From contig CM052832.1 in assembly GCA_028534125.1 (NCBI GenBank), forward strand, positions 21,516,001-21,580,000: DNA of 64,000 bases, given 5' to 3'. This document shows, piece by piece, positions 1-12,984 of the stretch; position 1 is the stretch's first letter; every line of letters begins with the position of its first letter. The notes beneath the pieces are model-generated. The model saw nothing but the letters and a program-made list of their open reading frames with translations. It had not been told where the DNA came from and searched no databases. A program made the translations under genes and the position numbers. This stretch comes from Lama glama. Taxonomy: Eukaryota.

Positions 1-84
1 TTCTCCTACCCACCATGACCATAAGCACAAGCACTGCCCTACTGCGGCCCCTGTTCCAGTGATGAAATACGGCTTCTTCACCAA

Positions 85-195
85 GCCCCGTACGAGGTAG
101 GTACTGACATAACCCTCACACTGTTGATAAGAAAATTAAGGCCCACTGCAATGCTCTTAACCAAAGCCCCAGAGGTAATAAGTGAAGCTGAATGA
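85..195 (-). mobile_element. MIR SINE fragment
   Basis: gaggtaggtact...gataagaaaattaaggcc resembles the reverse-complement MIR core; degraded. Confidence 0.5.
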
Positions 196-1879
196 TTTTT
201 TTTTAATGCTTTAAAATTCAAAGGGATAGTAATCTATTATTTGGAGTACATATAGACGGAGACTTGTGCAGCAAATTAAAAAGTGCTGTTTTATGGAGGC
301 GACAGTTAATAGCTTACAATATTCAGTCACAAACATTTTATTTCTGATTTTTTAAAAACTGTAAAGATACACAATTACTTCCAAATTCTTCAGCTTGCCA
401 GAAAGCTAGTAGGCAAGAAATATAAAATGAATTTAAGGCTAATTATTAAAATATACCCACCCCCAGTATTTCCTAGAAAAGACACGGGAAATCCTTCCCC
501 CCACTCTCCACCCCCCTGCCAAAGGCTTGCTCCTGACTAGGCATCTTCATGGGCAGCACGTGACTGTTTAGCCTTAGTCTTGGGGTTAAACCAGGCCTCA
601 GACTGATAAATGAAGGAAGCATCTGACTATTAACAAGCAAAGCCATGATAATGAGTTGTTTAAATCAGGGCAACTTATTTCATAAGCCTAGTTTGGGTAC
701 TGTTTCTATTATGGTCTCATACTCTCTCTTTCTCTCTTCCCAACACTCCCTCACCCACCCACCCACCCTACTTCCTCCTCTATCTTTGAAAATCTTTGCA
801 AAGACGCTGAGGCCTTTCCTCACCCTGAAAACAGGTGAGGGAAGACACGCCGTATCACGCCAACAGCAGAGAAGTCACTTCCCTTCTAATGAGTCTATCA
901 CTTGCTGTGCCCTAGGTTAAAAGATAACAGGGACACTAGCAAGCAATCCTGTCGCACTTTGCGAGTTGAAATGTTGTTTGCTTAAAAATTCAGAAAAACG
1001 TGGCCGTCTGGAATCACTCCCTAAACTGTGTGCTTTGCTAGTGACCCCAGTGTTCTAGAAAGAACAGGGAACCCAGCTGGAGACCCAGGCTCTGAGTTCT
1101 TGAGTGCTTGGCTGAGTCCTCCTGTGATCCTCAGTCTGACGCAACTACAGTCAGTTCACTTAATGTGAGGACAGGTACCACTTCTTAAGAAACTGATAAC
1201 TGCTATATGAAAGTAAGTTGTTGGTGATACTGACATCGCTGTTGTGACTACAGAGGCCCAGTGATTGTGCAAACAAGTTATTGTCTAGAAACTGTTTTGA
1301 GTTAGAAACTTTTGGGGGGCACCATTTTCAATCAAATGAATTTCTTTGGCAATGACTTATCTAACAAGATCATCTTTGACAATGCGATCCCTCCTTTCTT
1401 TTACTTAAAAACCCTTATATACAGGTTAAAATTAACTTTAATGTGATTTTTTTTTTTAAGCTAAAGAGTATGCTCCTCTTCATTATGTGTGCTCAGAATT
1501 TACACAGGGCACATCCATATTAACAGCACAGGCACGTCTTTTCCACTGTTGGTGTCATTCACAACGTAAATGGTGAAGGATTTACAAAGAACAGTAGGCA
1601 ATGGCTTTGTGCAAGAATTTTATATTATTAAAAAATTCTTAAATGTATAACCCTTGTCGCAGAATTTAGAATGATAAGAAACGTAATTTTGTGACGGTTT
1701 CCTTTTCTCCCTCATCGCGCTCTTTCCCCAGGACACTGCCCTTGCCTTGGATACTATGATTGCCCCTTGCATCTTCATTCCTCCTTTGCTCTGCTGCCCT
1801 ATGCTCGTGACACTGGTGGTTCCTATCTTTTAAGTGACATTTTCTTATTTAGTGGGTGGACTAGACAAAGTATCAAGGG

Positions 1880-1990
1880 GTGCTAACACAGGTTTGAGTT
1901 CAAGTCAGATTCTGACTTGTTTGGACAAGCTAGTCATTTTTGCCATCTATAAAATGGGGAAAGTTTACATCTAACTTAGAATTAAGGAAA
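1880..1990 (+). mobile_element. MIR SINE fragment
   Basis: ggtttgagttcaagtc...catctataaaatgggga matches the MIR core. Confidence 0.6.
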
Positions 1991-3479
1991 TACATAAAAA
2001 TACCCGCTAAGATACTACAGAATACTTTAAAAAACTTCACTTCCCACATTGGTTTATTCAACATTTCTGGTTAGGTTGCTGGGCTTTGAGAAAATTTTTA
2101 TTAAACATAAAACTGTTACTCTACATGTTCGCTCTATCTTTTTGGAAAATCTTCAAATGTATCAGTAAATGATGATTCTCCAGTTTCCTCAGACAGTAAA
2201 TGTTTGAGCAGATCCAGCAGTCATTTCTGAGGCAATGTAATGCCTTGCTTTATACTAAATAGGAAAAAAATTAGATCAGATGATGGGAACCTTAAATAAT
2301 ACCTAGCCAGGCTGAAGGTCATATCACACTCTTTAAGTCAAGCCTTTGGTTTTGTAAATCAAGTCTGGCTTTGTTCAAAACACCTACTTTTTTATGTATT
2401 CATTTTTAGTAGATAATGAAAAGAGGGTAGAAAAATAATCATATAAATTCAAGTTTCCAAATGGAATTAGGCAATTAAATCAAATCAAAGAAAAATTCAC
2501 AATCAATACAAACTAGAGCTAGTTCTTCCTTGTATTTGATAACGGATATATTTTCTAAAAATAAAGTGTGTGTGTGGTGGGGGGATGTTCAATTTATCAA
2601 AACAATAATTATCATGATATATAAAAACTAAATATCATAAAAATGGAAATAAGCCAGTGTATTAAAACACAGTAGAAGGGAAGAGACCCAACTTTAAAAA
2701 CAAGGCAGTATTTTATAGATTTCCATTCTGTTCAAGTCTACCTAAATTAACTGAGAACACCAGAAAGTCCAAAAAAAGCATATTTCACTATGGTTCTAAT
2801 TTAAGAAGGAGAAGCCTTACTTATGTAAATAATTCAAGTGAACAGCAGAGTTGTGGATTTTAAAATCATAATTCTTCTCTACTAGTCAGGGGACTGTGAG
2901 AATTGCTTTTCAGAAACAAAATCTCACCCTTTGCAGACACTTTCAGACTACAGGAGCAGAAGACCCTTTGCCTCAATTGCCTCGTGCTTCTTAAGATTCC
3001 ATATTCTAGTGCACGTGTCATTCTTCATGGAAGGCTATCTAGACACGTGAATTCAAAGCAGCATTTTTGACTCCTTTATTTAGACTGTAATTTACAACAC
3101 CCAAGCAGATTAAAAATTTCCCCAATCAGGAGACCAGAAGCATACCTGGCATACTCATTTGTCTTACTTGCACATCTTTTTAAATACCAGCCTTTCCACT
3201 TTGTGTTTCACCATGTGGCCTCTCAGTGTAACTCCAAATTAATTAGCATGAACATTCATAAACAATCTATGGTTTTCAACTGATTATGTATAGAAAAATG
3301 CTCTCTTCTTTCAGAAGCATATTTGCACGCATGAAAAACCAAAATGAAAGCTTTAAACCTCCAATGCCCTTCTCACCATATAGCCTCAAATGAAATAAAC
3401 TTCTTTTCCATCTCAAGACATATGCTAGAAAAGAATCTTCATTTCATTTTATTTTTCATTTATTTACTTATTTTTTACT

Positions 3480-3657
3480 TAACAAATACCTATAGTGAGT
3501 GCTTTACAAATATTAGCTGGTTGAACACTCAAAATAACCCTTTGCAGCACTGACTTGCCCCTGGTCCCACAGTTGGTGAGTGAGGCATAGGCCATGTTCA
3601 GACCTGGCAGTCTGGCTCCAGAATCCGAGTTCATAACTAAAATGCTATGCTACCTCT
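3480..3657 (-). mobile_element. MIR SINE fragment (internally deleted)
   Basis: agtgctttacaaatattagc...tgacttgccc...ggcagtctggctccagaatcc. Confidence 0.65.
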
Positions 3658-3901
3658 TCAATTTCAAAGTCAAGTTACAGTGTTAAAGTAATGTTATTAA
3701 TGCTTAATTAATCCTGGGAAGCTGATAATTATTGTGTAGCTTGCTTTGGAGTTAAAATCATCCCTTTCTTTTTAGAAAGACCTTTACTAAACTAATATTA
3801 AATATTTACAACTTTAGGAGATAAAAGTCAAATGAGGGCTCAAAGTCACCAGGGCTCAAAGAGAATATGCAGCTAAAATGGCAAATTTAATGCATTTATT
3901 T

Positions 3902-4292
3902 TGTTAAGAACAAGACAACAGGTACAAAATGGAGTCACTTATGCTAAGCCCCACATCACCAAACCAAGACTTAATTACAGTTTTGGCCTCTCCCAGAAAT
4001 GGAATCTTAAACCAGTCCATCAGGAATTATATGGTCAGCAACAGTGAGGTAAGCTGCCTGACAGACCCCTACCATGCCCTAAAGGAAAGTGATCTTACCA
4101 CAACCAACCCACTTTTTGCTGGTATAACTTCCTTGTTCTTACTCCCGTCTGCCTATAGAAGATTGGACATTTTGGACAGCAACTTTGAGCTCATTTCTAT
4201 TGGCTAGATTGGATGTTGCTTGATTCATGATTCATTGAATAAAATTAGTAAGATCTTCAAAATTTACTCAGTTGAATTTTGTTTTTTTAACA
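3902..4292 (+). mobile_element. Solo LTR, probably ERV1 class
   Basis: Starts TGTTAA and ends TTAACA (terminal inverted repeat); aaaatggagtcacttatgc motif; cctataga TATA-like box near 4153; AATAAA near 4238; 391 bp. No clear TSD. Confidence 0.75.
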
Positions 4293-4794
4293 GTTAATTA
4301 GTAATTTTAACTGTCTAGTTTTTAAAAAAATGGATATTGTACAATAAAAAACCACACATAACCATGCAGCTTTTGAAAATGAAAATAAAAGATGAAAGTA
4401 TGGAGGAAAGGATAAGCTAATTATACCCTAAATACTAAGCTACATGGTCAGTGCAGGTGAGCGCTGAATTTGTCTCTGAGCGTCCTGAGAGTCAAGGCAA
4501 AAAGACTAGTCACCTAGTCAGGCTCCACTGTTTCAAAAAGGAGGTGAATGGCCTTATTTGGAAAGCAAACAATAGAACTAACAGGGTTTATAATTTTAAC
4601 CTATTAGTAAATAGATACCACAGTTAGGAAACCTAATTTATCACCCTTGTCTAGGAAAGCACTTTGTACACAGCTGCCAAACAAACATACATTAAAATAG
4701 AATACAAAATGAACTTCTACCTAAGAGTATTTTTTGGCTGTGTAACCATGGTTTCAGCTCTGCCATACCACGGGGCCACCATCGATGCCTGAAT

Positions 4795-4955
4795 GGATTA
4801 ACAGCCTTGTAATGGGATTCTTGCCTCTATTTTATGTCTCTCTGATCCATTTTCTATAATCCATCCAGAGACAGATTTTAAAAACGCTGGTCTGGTTACG
4901 CCATGCCTCCATTTAAAACCCTTCAATGGTTCCTCACTGCTCTCAGGAGAAAGTT
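4795..4955 (+). mobile_element. LINE-2 fragment
   Basis: ccagagacagattttaaaaa...ttaaaacccttcaatggttcctcactgctctcagga matches L2. Confidence 0.75.
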
Positions 4956-5009
4956 ACCACATAAAGCCCTACTTTATTTTTTAAATTAGTGCACCGGAGA
5001 TCATGTAAT

Positions 5010-5890
5010 GAAGATGTTATAATTTATTTAACTTCTTCCCTATTAATAGACAAGTGGCTACTTTCCAATTTTTGGCTACTACCAGCAACAGTACCTGCCT
5101 CTTTGGACACGTGGGTGAGCATTTCTCTAGAAGTGGATTTACTAGGCTGAAGGAAGAATATTTACAGTTATGGCTTTCACGTATACCACCAAACTGCCCT
5201 GCAAAATGGCTTTATCAATTTATACTTCTCACTTAGCATATGGGGTTGCTTTCTTCCCTACACTCAACAATATGGTATATTAGCAATTTAAAAAAGTTTG
5301 CTGCATAAAAGGTGAACAAATATTTTCAGTGTCATTTTCATTTCCCTAAGTGCCAATGAGATAGAATATCTCTCATACTTTTATTGAAAACATTTGCCCA
5401 TTTTTCTATTGAGTTAAAATTACTGAATTACAATTATTACAAATATTTTCACCCCTGGTTTATTGCTCATTTTAAAACTTTCTTTATTATTCATTATATA
5501 GAACTGTTAACTCTTTGGTAGCAAAATTTACCAAAAAACCCTGCTGGGCTTTTGATTAAGATTATACTGTTTGTATAGAGTAATATGAGGAGACTTGACG
5601 TTAGCATTGTATTAAAGTATCCTATGCAGAAATGTGTATGCTTTACAATTTAAATCTATTTTTTACATTCTTCAAAAAGTATCAGTTTTTATCATACAAA
5701 TCTTATGCATTTCTTATAAGATTTATTCGTTGGTATATGTATTTGCTTAGTTTCTATTGTGAATGAGATCTTTTTCTATTACATTTATTTAAATGGTCCT
5801 TTTCTGTTCATTTTAGTTTTGATGGGATCTTGTAGCTGGCTCAGACTCAGTTGTCTTCTTAGCTTTTCAGTTAATTCTCTTGTATTTCCT
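5010..5890 (-). mobile_element. Old LINE-1 (L1M/L1ME-like) fragments
   Basis: Reverse-complement L1 ORF2-end motifs: tttctctagaagtggatttactagg, ccaaactgccctgcaaaatggc, tttgcccatttttctattgagtt, tgggcttttgattaagattatactg. Confidence 0.65.
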
Positions 5891-5899
5891 GTAATTGTG

Positions 5900-6048
5900 T
5901 ACTTGCCTGTATTCTCTACCAGACTAACATTTTCATGAGAAAGGAGACTACTATTTCTATCTTTTCACTGAAATGTTCCCATCACTCAGCACAGTTCTTG
6001 ACACACAGTAAGGAATCATTAAATATTTGGTGAACTGAATAGAATTGA
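5900..6048 (+). mobile_element. LINE-2 3' end
   Basis: ttcactgaaatgttcccatcactcagcacagttcttgacacacagtaagg...aaatatttggtgaactgaat. Confidence 0.8.
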
Positions 6049-6149
6049 AAATGTAAATGCAGGTTTCTCTTCTCACACCTATGTCAATGCATGTTCAGTT
6101 CTCCCTACAATGGTTACACTTCTTGAAGGAATGAACTTAGGGTTCTACT

Positions 6150-6945
6150 ATTTAAAAATTTAATAATTAACCTATGAAAGTAACACATATGAAAATTAAG
6201 AACACTTCACTATAGATCAAGGAGAAAAGAAAAACTCCAAATAAGTCAATTTAAAAATAAAAAAAATCCGAACACTGCACACGAGACACAGAAAAATAAA
6301 GCAACAAATGTGTAAGTCTGGCAATTAGGAAAAGAACAACAGTAACCCTAACAATAGCCACACCCTAAGAAATTCAGAATAAAGGAATGTAATTAAAAAC
6401 AGAAACAGAAAATATAAAAATAGGAACAATTAGTCACTCAAGCATATATTGATTTGTGTGTGGGGCGGGGAGGAGCTCACAAAAACAAAATGAAACACAA
6501 CAACAAATCAATACTGAAGCAGACAACACTAGCCAAACCAATCAAGGGGATTAAAAAACTGAGGAATGGAAAGGGGATGGTAGTAATCAAGAGAATATTA
6601 CATACAATTCTATGCTAAAAAATGTGAAAAAGAAAATCAACAACATAGGTAGCTATTGTAGGAATATATTATAAAAATTGATCAAAAATTTAAAAAAACT
6701 GAGATGCATATAAGCAGTTGAAAAGGTTATTAAACAATTTTCTCTTAAGAGACTCTAGGCAAGAACGCCTCTTAGCAGTGAACTCTTGAAACTTTTAAGA
6801 AACAGTCTCATGCTATGGAAACAGATTCAGGGCACAGAAAAAATATGAAAAATGACTCTATTAGGTCTTAGGAAGCCACCATTACTCTTATTAGAAAAAC
6901 CTGACCGAATAACATGAAAAAAAACAAAGACAAGGTGTCTTAACC
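6150..6945 (+). mobile_element. Highly degraded LINE-1 ORF2 remnant
   Basis: A-rich; catacaattctatgctaaaaaatgtgaaaa, acactagccaaaccaatcaag and gccaccattactcttattagaaaaacctgac resemble L1 ORF2. Confidence 0.5.
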
Positions 6946-7012
6946 TCGATGTAGTGCAATATCCTGGATACAAGGAGAGGTTCTGGAGTCTGAATCCTAG
7001 CTCTACCATTTA

Positions 7013-7228
7013 GAGTTGACCCTTGAACAAAACTGGGGTTGGGGGCACTGACCTACTGTGCAGTCAAAGACTCAAATAACTTCAGTCTTCCCTCTATAAC
7101 TGCAGTTCTGTATCTGTGGGTTCAACCAACTGTGGATCGTGTAGTACTATAGGATGTATTTAATGAAAAAAAATCCATATTTAAGTGGACTTGTGCAGCT
7201 TAAGCTCATGCTGTTCAGGGGTCAACTG
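7013..7228. mobile_element. Tigger2-derived non-autonomous DNA transposon (TcMar) inserted into a MIR
   Basis: Terminal inverted repeats gagttgacccttgaaca...tgttcaggggtcaactg; TA duplications at 7011-7012 and 7229-7230; flanks (~6950-7012, ~7229-7310) join into a MIR. Confidence 0.85.
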
Positions 7229-7609
7229 TACTAATCAAGCCACTATGAGTTACTTTCCTCTGTGATGCCCCAGATTGTAAGGATTAAATAAAATAACCCA
7301 AGTAAAAACAGAACAATGTGAACAACAAAATTTTAAGGAGAGGACTGCCCACAATCTCCTTAAAATATGTAAAAATCTGCATTATGTCGATTTTTCTGAG
7401 AGGAAGGTTCCTAGTTTTCATGAGATTTTCAAGTGAATCATAGCTTCTTCCTCCAAACTAAGACCCACTACTATACACTCACCTTACTTTTGAGTATAGA
7501 TGTAGAAAAATCTGGAGGCAATATAAGCAAAATAAATACAGCAGCACATGAGAAGAACTATTTAACAGCATCCCAAAAAATTATTCTTTGAAAATGAAGA
7601 CTACTCTGG

Positions 7610-8140
7610 GGTGAGGATGCCCTTCATACAGCTTTTCTAGAAAGCAATTTGGCAGAATGTATCCAGAACCTCTTTAACTGAGTGATATTTATACTCTTTA
7701 ACCTAACTGTGCTTCCAGAAATACATCTAATGAAAACAGTCATTGAGACAAAAAAGTGTGTGTGTATGATGCTTATTCTGGGGTAATTTATAATAACAAA
7801 ACAACAGAAACAGTCCAACAGTAGAGGAACGTCAATAAACTAATACACCCATTCAATGTATAGGATGCAGCCATTCATGACTTCATGAACTTCAAAGACA
7901 GAACAAGGCTCACAGTATAATTTCTTAAAGTTACTTTGAATATAAAGTATAATGCCAGTGTTGTAAAATAAAATAAATCAACACAGTCTAAAGGAAGTAA
8001 ATATACCAAAAAAAGTACTAATGGTTAACTCTAGGTGGTGGGATTATGGGTGATTAATTTCCTTCCTCTGTCCCTTACTTTTTTACTCTACAGATATTCT
8101 ACAATAGACATTTTTAAAACCATTATATAAAAGCCATTTA
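7610..8140 (+). mobile_element. Old LINE-1 3' region (L1ME-like)
   Basis: ttttctagaaagcaatttggcag, gtccaacagtagagg, aatggttaactctaggtggtgggattatgggtgatt. Confidence 0.7.
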
Positions 8141-9283
8141 ATAAAAATATCTTACTAATAAAGATGGGTAATCAAATGGATCATCACAATTACTGGCCCC
8201 CACTTTGTAAATTTTGCTTATAATACTGTTTCAACTGTCTATTCAGTAGTAAAATCATTAAAGCATACTGACAATTAATGACAGAATTGCCAACAGGCCA
8301 TTACTTTACAAGTTTTCTAAACGGCTGAACAACGTTGGCTAAAAGTTACAGCGCTTTGCTAGATGACAGCACTTTACCAGCCTCTGTAAACGGCAGGAAG
8401 ACTTCCCCACCCTTCATATGAAAACTTCAGTGCAACGTATTTACCGCATCAGTAACATTCTAGAAATGCTGTCATAACTTTTTGCTCCCAACTTTATGAA
8501 GAAGAAAGGAACCCAAAAAGTCCTTAAGTAGGTAATATGTATGAAATAAGATGACTAATAAAACTACTTTTGTAGCCTTCCCTCAGAACTCCAGTATTAC
8601 ATAATGAGCTTCTGGTCAACCAGCCCACCTTCTGTAACAGGACACCATGGCCCTGAGGACCATCTCAAGTGGGATGCTGTAGGTTTTTGATCAGACAAAG
8701 GTGCAGACAGCACCCACTAAACTTCACTTACTTGCTCATTAGCTGTCCTCATTATTACTCTGCTTCTCTCATTGGAGGGTATGAATTCATCTACATTAAT
8801 CAAAAATTTGATGAATTTTCTATTATTTTTTCTTAATTCTATCAGAAAACTGACAAATCCACCAAGGGTTATGCCAGTTGGTAAATAAAAATTTCAAAAT
8901 TATACAGGTTTTCAGTGCAGACACAGGTGCACAACATTTGCAGTATCTGTTCATCTCTGTTACTTACGTGGGGTAGACTGAAAATATTTTAATAGTATCT
9001 ATTTTTTTTGAATGTCCAACTTATAGATCATCTTATTTTGTTTCTTCCTGTATTCCTTCTATCAGGATAAAAACTGTCTTGCGTAGATTCTTCCTTTCTC
9101 TAAATAAATCATTTCTTCCTTGCCTCTCACGGGAATTTCTCACAAGTCTCCACTGACCTGGAACTTTGTCCTGGAGCCCAAGAGGTCTATCCACATTAAA
9201 TCAGCAGGGGAGAATACACTCACATATTTATGTGTTGGTGAAGGAGGGTATTTACAAAGAGGAAGAGAGGAGGAAGGGACCTC

Positions 9284-9333
9284 TGAGAGAGAGACAGAGA
9301 AAGAGAGACACACAGACAGACAGACAGACAGAC
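9284..9333. repeat. Compound (GA)n/(GACA)n microsatellite
   Basis: gagagagagacagagaaagagagacacacagacagacagacagacagac. Confidence 0.9.
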
Positions 9334-9941
9334 CAACAGGAATAAGAAGCAAAGATGGAGAGATACAGAAAAATACAGTAGTGCTGTCAATTTGGGGGTA
9401 AATATATCACCTAAAAGAAAACTGCTAAAAGCCTGCTATCTACTTGGGTTATGGGTACATTAGAAATTGTTTTTATAGCTCTTTGAAACCACGCTGATTT
9501 TCAGAATATTCCCTTTAGCTTTTAGAAACAGATGGTATGCGTTTTATTTTGAAATTACTCCTATCAACTTTCCCCAACTGTGGTATATTACTTTTTGATT
9601 TGTAAGACAATAGCTCCGAGTCCAAGGAAATGTACAATTACACACAAAAATTTTCCTCTTGTGTAGCTATGTCAGTGAACTATTAAAGGTTCTTCCCCAA
9701 AGTGAATGAAAATTAATCTCTCCGTAGCTTCCATCTGTTACTCGTAGAGCATCTGCTGAAATGAGTTGTCTTCTAGGCGGATTGACATATTAGGACCCTG
9801 ACAATCATCGCACCTAGCTTCAATCTCAAATGTCCTTCATAAGCAACACTGACGAAACAGCTCGAGCACCTGGATGCTACCTGCGTGAAATCTGCTTCTC
9901 ACTAGAAGGTTGAGCTCACTGGTGTCAGAAGTTGTCTGTTA

Positions 9942-10324
9942 ATCCAACAACACATAAAAAAGATTATACATCATGACCAAGTGGGGTTCATCCCAGGGAC
10001 ACAAGGCTGGTTCAACATACGCAAATCAATCAATGTAATACATCACATCAACAAGAGAAAGGACAAAAACCACATGATCATCTCAATTGATGCAGAAACA
10101 GCATTTGATAAAACTCAACACCCATTTATGATAAAAACTCTCCCCAAAGTGGGTATAGAGGGAACATATCTCAACATAATAAAAGCTATATATTACAAAC
10201 CTACAGCCAGCATAGTTCTCAACGGTGAAAAACTCAAAAGCTTCCCACTAAAATCTGGGACAAGACAAGGATGCCCACTATCACCACTCCCATTCAACAT
10301 AGTCCTGGAAGTCCTAGCCACAGC
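9942..10324 (+). mobile_element. Young 5'-truncated LINE-1, ORF2 reverse-transcriptase segment; continues into the assembly gap
   Basis: Open frame [37 protein letters not shown]...[10 protein letters not shown] is canonical L1 ORF2 RT; TSD AAGTTGTCTGTTA at 9929-9941 and 10825-10837. Confidence 0.97.
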
Positions 10325-10824
10325 NNNNNNNNNNNNNNNNNNNNNNNNNNNNNNNNNNNNNNNNNNNNNNNNNNNNNNNNNNNNNNNNNNNNNNNNNNNN
10401 NNNNNNNNNNNNNNNNNNNNNNNNNNNNNNNNNNNNNNNNNNNNNNNNNNNNNNNNNNNNNNNNNNNNNNNNNNNNNNNNNNNNNNNNNNNNNNNNNNNN
10501 NNNNNNNNNNNNNNNNNNNNNNNNNNNNNNNNNNNNNNNNNNNNNNNNNNNNNNNNNNNNNNNNNNNNNNNNNNNNNNNNNNNNNNNNNNNNNNNNNNNN
10601 NNNNNNNNNNNNNNNNNNNNNNNNNNNNNNNNNNNNNNNNNNNNNNNNNNNNNNNNNNNNNNNNNNNNNNNNNNNNNNNNNNNNNNNNNNNNNNNNNNNN
10701 NNNNNNNNNNNNNNNNNNNNNNNNNNNNNNNNNNNNNNNNNNNNNNNNNNNNNNNNNNNNNNNNNNNNNNNNNNNNNNNNNNNNNNNNNNNNNNNNNNNN
10801 NNNNNNNNNNNNNNNNNNNNNNNN
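10325..10824. other. Assembly gap (500 N)
   Basis: Run of exactly 500 N. Confidence 1.
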
Positions 10825-11987
10825 AAGTTGTCTGTTATCTTCTCAAGGAATACACTGATTGATTTGATTTCATTTTCTGCTTTCTTACGCAAGTCATAGT
10901 CAGCATGCTTCCTGCAGTCAACTGCTATCTTTGGCTGCACACAGGACATATCCCAAATACAGCCTGGAATACAACCTCCCCATTCCTCAGACTTATTTAT
11001 TTCAAACCATCATGCTCCACCAGCTCTGCACTGCCATTTGTCATCTAATAGAACTTCTAGGCCGTGCGTGTCAAGAGTCTATCACATGCAAGCATTCTGA
11101 GGGCTCCTGAAGACATCTGCAGAATGGAAGAAGGCCGCAGAGACTCAGACACACATTCTGACATCAGCTTGCAGGTCCTGTGTCTCCTTGAGTGAGGCTC
11201 ATAGAGCCTCATGATAAATACACTTTATTAAATTAAATCAAACGTAATGTATGTCAATCCTAATTTACTTCAATGGCAAGCAAGAGTATCTTAGACAAGG
11301 TGCCGTCAACTGGCCATCCATGTATGACATACTCAGGATTTTGGTCCCTTCATCAGTTTACATTCTTTGCAGCAGTCATATGAGAGGGGCCATTCTCAGT
11401 CAAAGGGAGGTCACAGAAGAGAATACAGAGAGCCTTGCACTTTCCATAAAATTGATGTGAACAGAGTGTATACTCTTTAGCACAAGAGGCCTAAGATTGC
11501 TTAATAATTGTAGTGACAAAGGCAGAATGATAAAGTGGAGTAGCCACTGTTAGATAAGGTCCTCATGTCTATTATAAACTAGTTGGTGACTTTGTTTCTA
11601 AGCTAATTAAGTATTTTCTGGTTTTATTTAATAGCCCTTCCATGGTTCATATGAATCAGCCATGGTTACTTTTAGTGGCACTTTCATTAGAAGTGATTAA
11701 GTCAATCAACCGTCAGCTTTGACAGTCCATTTGGCAGAAATACTTCGGAAAAGCAACTCAAAAATTAAAGTTTAACAGCATTACTACTCAAACTCCTCCT
11801 CACCTGGCTCAAAAGTGCCACTAAAATTGAACCCAAATTCATAAGAACTAGAGGACAAACTGAAGGCTTAAAATAGCTCACATGAGATGTACAGCTTGGC
11901 AAACCACAGCACCACGCTGCTTCTCTAATTTCACATTGTTCTTACCTATGTCATCGCATTTGTTCCTCCCGACAACTATCTGAAGCT

Positions 11988-12386
11988 CAGATGGCCTCCT
12001 GTATCTGTGGGTTTTGCACCCGCGATTCAACCAACCAACTGCAGATCAAAAATATTTGTGGGAAAAAATTCCAGAAAGTTCCAAAAAGCAACACTTCAGT
12101 TTCCAATGAGCCTGGCAACACAGCATTTTCATTGTGTTTTCAACTATTTGCATAGCTTTAACATTGTCTTAGGTATTATAAGTAACCTAGGGCTAATTTA
12201 AAGTATGCGGGAGGATGTGTGTATGTTATATGCAAATACCATGCCCCTTTTATATAAAGGACTTGAGCATCTGCAGATTTTGGTATGGTGAGGAGTAGGG
12301 GTGTGTGTGTGTGTGTGTGTGTGTGCGTGTGCATGCATGTGCACATGTTCTGGAACAAACACCCTGAGGATACTGAATGATGACAG
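11988..12386 (-). mobile_element. MER2-family (Tigger) non-autonomous DNA transposon with internal (TG)n
   Basis: tttaaagtatgcgggaggatgtg...tgcaaataccatgcc...aaggacttgagcatctgcagattttggtat is reverse-complement MER2; ends gatgacag followed by TA. Confidence 0.85.
12301..12348. repeat. (TG)n microsatellite / alternating purine-pyrimidine tract
   Basis: gtgtgtgtgtgtgtgtgtgtgtgtgcgtgtgcatgcatgtgcacatgt. Confidence 0.95.
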
Positions 12387-12984
12387 TATTATTACCTCCC
12401 CACTGAAAAGGAAACTGAGGCTCCCAGAGGCTAAGGAACATCCTCTAAGTCTGGGTTTTCCATCTTCCACTTTCATCATAACAGACCAACACTGATGCAG
12501 ATGTGAACAGGCGTTTAGGAGCAATGTATGAGGCAGTCAAAGTGGGGCACCGTGTATTCATTTACTGGAGCTTCTCCTTTACTGAAGTTGTTTGAATATC
12601 CCTCTATCAAAAAACCCCCATGTTACAAAGCGCTCACAGTAGGTCTAAAACATTCCCTTTCAATGATAATTTCTCACTACACTCTCTTTGATTAGTCTTT
12701 TAAAAGTTAAGCCTTTGTCTCTCGAAAGTTTTCTCAATAGTTAAATTCGAGATGAGGCTAATATGCTTGTATGATTGATGTAGTTGAAGACGAGCGTGTC
12801 AAAGGGCCTGACCCATCAGGAGGTAGGAAAGCATTCAGCCTCAACGAAGCCGCAGGGTGGGGAGCACGGCATCCCCTCCTCTGCTGCTCCTGTGCGCCCG
12901 CACGTTTCTCGCCTGGCATGTTACACAATCTACTTTGAGTCATCCTAAGTTTCTCCCCAACTTTCCTTTTTCCAGCCTTAAAAC

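Noticed and set aside
7331..7365. 11-bp-arm hairpin ttttaaggaga...tctccttaaaa
   Set aside because: Too short to be meaningful and adjacent to a decayed DNA-transposon-like remnant
8961..8980. 10-nt minus-strand micro-exon (cag|tctaccccac|gtaagta)
   Set aside because: Poor pyrimidine tract, not frame-preserving, and expected by chance
9981..10949. Long ORFs of 293, 195 and 211 aa in the ORF track
   Set aside because: Their length comes from translating the N gap; only the L1 RT part is real
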